A stretch of DNA of 63,720 bases, filler included, from Sphacelaria rigidula (Eukaryota), in NCBI GenBank assembly GCA_964200075.2. It is 7 parts of 7 records of this genome, joined end to end, with 100 filler letters (N's around TTAATTAATTAA, not from the genome) between each part and the next. Parts side by side here need not be neighbours in the genome. Positions count along the whole stretch, not along the records: positions 54,705 to 63,720 come from CAXNAA020009506.1; 6 more parts are not named here. The stretch is one strand, 5' to 3'. Below, piece after piece: positions 61,496 through 63,720 of this stretch. The translations under genes and the position numbers were made by a program. The notes under the pieces are model-generated. The model was not told the origin of the DNA. It saw only the letters and a list, made by a program, of their open reading frames with translations, and did not search any database. Position 1 is the first letter of the stretch. Every line of letters starts with the position of its first letter.

Positions 61496-62594
61496 AAGTA
61501 ACACAATAATATCCTCAGGCTCTGTACTCTCCAGTAACAAACAACTCGAGGCCAGTTATGTGTGTGTGTCTGTGTGTGTTGATCACATGCATATACCACT
61601 GCAGTTGCTGATGGCGCAATGGCGGCTACTGTACGGTGGTTATGCTGCTCATCTTTCTGAGACGCAGGTGCCGTTGTCCCTGCCTTGACTCTACTGCACT
61701 ACTGCAGCACGGCTGTGATGTCTGTGACGCGCGCATGTACGTGGCAATGAGCTTGTCTATGTAGGCGTTGCGTCTCCACCAAAAGCAGTTATTCCGAAAC
61801 CTCCGGGATTAAAACAGAAAATAAAAAGCGACCTGCTGGCTCAGGATTTGCCTTGATTTCAGGGGGTTGGTTCTGCTCCTCACAAATGGATGTTCTCAAT
61901 CTTTTAAAGGGGGGTTAATATGAAGCGCCGCATCATACGATATTTGTACATGTATCATTTCACATTTTTCGCCACTTTTGCCGAGTTTTCTCTGTTGGCA
62001 AGGCCTTTTTCCCGCGCTTTCTTTTGCAGTGCACTCGAAAGGCTCAGCCGTGTATTACCGTTCAGGTTTGGGTGTCATCTGATACCTGTGGCGCGTGTTC
62101 TGGCCACCGAAAGTCACTCAAACTAGCCCTTTTTCGCGGGGTGTCGATCCCGAACCGCAAACGCCTCTCCAAGATCATGGGAAACTTGAAACAGGGACCC
62201 GTACCACGAAAGTCCGTGAAAGATCATTGAAAACTTGGAACAAGATTAATTTTCGGCAGCGTATTTTCCCCCCCGTGTTTCTCCTTGTCGCGTTCTCGTT
62301 CATTTGGGAGCACGAACGCACCGGTTATGCCGTCAATGTCACGAGAACATGAGAGCAAAGCAGTTGAAAACAATGGGACATTGTCCCTGCCTCAGTCAGC
62401 AGCAAAACACAAGACCGTGCAATGGGCTGTTGGCGAATTGAACAAGGCACAGCAGCATGGCAGCACGTGAATGTTTTGCCGCAAGAAACAATCACCCTGT
62501 TTGAAAAAAGGCCCGGTGATATGAAAGCCACGGTGATGTGCAATCGTTTCAGACAAGAACTACCACTCTGCGGAATATATGGCTTGGTAGCTAG

Positions 62595-62799
62595 CAAGGG
62601 CAGGTCGAGTAGAATATACTCAATTGCCGGGTATTTTGAAAGACGAAGTTAAGGTACTCAAATTAGGGCAGAGTGTTGGGAGTCGTACCCAAAAAATAAC
62701 TGGAGAGCGATCCCTAAAACCCTACCCCCAGATTGTGTACTTCAAGCACGACTTTCAAAATACCCCGCAATTGAGTATACTCTACTCGACCTGCCCTTG
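62595..62799. mobile_element. 205-bp hAT-type MITE, copy 2
   Basis: CAAGGGCAGGTCGAGTAGA...TCTACTCGACCTGCCCTTG with a perfect 8-bp TSD GTAGCTAG. Confidence 0.92.
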
Positions 62800-63000
62800 G
62801 TAGCTAGCTAGCTAGGCGACATTATATGGCCGAACCACAATTTTCCACTTCGGTCGTACTAATATATCAGTGTTTTCTCTCTCGGGCGGGGCTTGAAAAA
62901 TGCAGTACTCCACAAGCGCGGATAGTAACACCCGAAGCACGTGGTACGTAGAGTTGTAACAGGAAAGGCCCGGTGAAAGTTCGGCCGGTTTGAAAAAAAC

Positions 63001-63235
63001 GCAACTCTCATGTTCAGAGAATGAGCGAAGCACTGAAAGAATATACCCGCGAGCTTCCCAAGTGAGAAAAAAACATGCCAGGAGTGTTCCACCATTCCAA
63101 CACCCAGCCAAGCCACTCTTTTGCCCAGAGAAATGCAAACTCTCATGTGCAGCGAAAAAGCGAAGCACTGTAAGAACATACCCGCGAGCTTCCCGAGTGA
63201 CAAAGAACATGCCAAGAATGTTCCACACATTCCAA
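63001..63235. repeat. Direct repeat, 2 x ~100 bp (period ~135)
   Basis: actctcatgt...gcgaagcactg.aagaa.atacccgcgagcttccc.agtga...aacatgcca.ga.tgttccac occurs twice. Confidence 0.8.
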
Positions 63236-63647
63236 TTCAGGAGGTGCCTCCCTCTGCCGTGTCTTTGTGGCACGAGCGCTACTTCGCACTCTGGCACCTC
63301 GGAAATACCACACGTTTCCTACGCCGGGGGTTCCGCCGTCGGCCTAGGTTACCCTGACTCTAACCCTAAGAGGGTCGCCTTTTAGACGGTGTCCCACACG
63401 TCCACAACGTTGTGTATTCGGAATTTATCGTTGCTGCCACAGCGCAAGCTCCTCCAGTCTTTGATATTGCATTGCCTCGTCGCGGTCATGGTAACAGCCA
63501 AACTGCTTCAGGCGACAAGAATGGTGGTGGTGATGGAGATAGCGATGATACAGGCTCCAACAACGGTGACGGTGACAGCGGCCGTGGCGGTCACAATGAC
63601 GACAACCATGATTACGATGACCAACAACTTCCGCCAGGAACTTGGGA

Positions 63648-63679
<32 letters not shown>

Positions 63680-63720
63680 CTTCACATTAAAAACCGTTCC
63701 GATATCTGCGCGGTACATTG

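Noticed and set aside
1..63720. Apparent DNA repair/replication cluster (CtIP, RRM2, kinase, methyltransferase)
   Set aside because: These genes lie on different artificially joined contigs. Only CtIP and the kinase exon share one.

Overview
This is intron-rich eukaryotic DNA, most consistent with a brown alga (Phaeophyceae). That assignment is inferred from gene structure, (CAGTA)n tracts and repeat style, not from a database search. The window is NOT one locus. It is seven unrelated contigs of 9018, 9018, 9017, 9017, 9017, 9017 and 9016 bp, sorted by length and joined by artificial 100-bp N-TTAATTAATTAA-N linkers, so adjacency across linkers has no biological meaning. Genes reconstructed by hand from GT-AG boundaries and reading phase: a complete 6-exon ribonucleotide reductase small subunit (RRM2, 47748-50568, 378 aa); the last two exons of a CtIP/Sae2/COM1 homolog (minus, 8359-6547, RHR motif changed to RHK); two exons of a family-16 (METTL21-like) methyltransferase with a ~210-aa Ser/Gly insertion; an NRF-domain (acyltransferase-3 type) exon; an N-terminal protein-kinase exon; two multi-exon uncharacterised genes; and one orphan exon. 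The rest is a dense nested set of non-autonomous elements: hAT (8-bp TSDs), piggyBac-like (TTAA), Stowaway/pogo-like (TA), Tourist-like (TAA), a foldback with a 6-bp TSD, tRNA-derived SINEs sharing a 3' end with a (CAAT)n-tailed retroposon, a probable Helitron relic, and an abundant structured repeat at most contig ends. I found no convincing new multi-gene system. The best leads are the structured contig-end repeat, the SINE/LINE pair, the unusual TE architectures, and the CtIP and methyltransferase variants.
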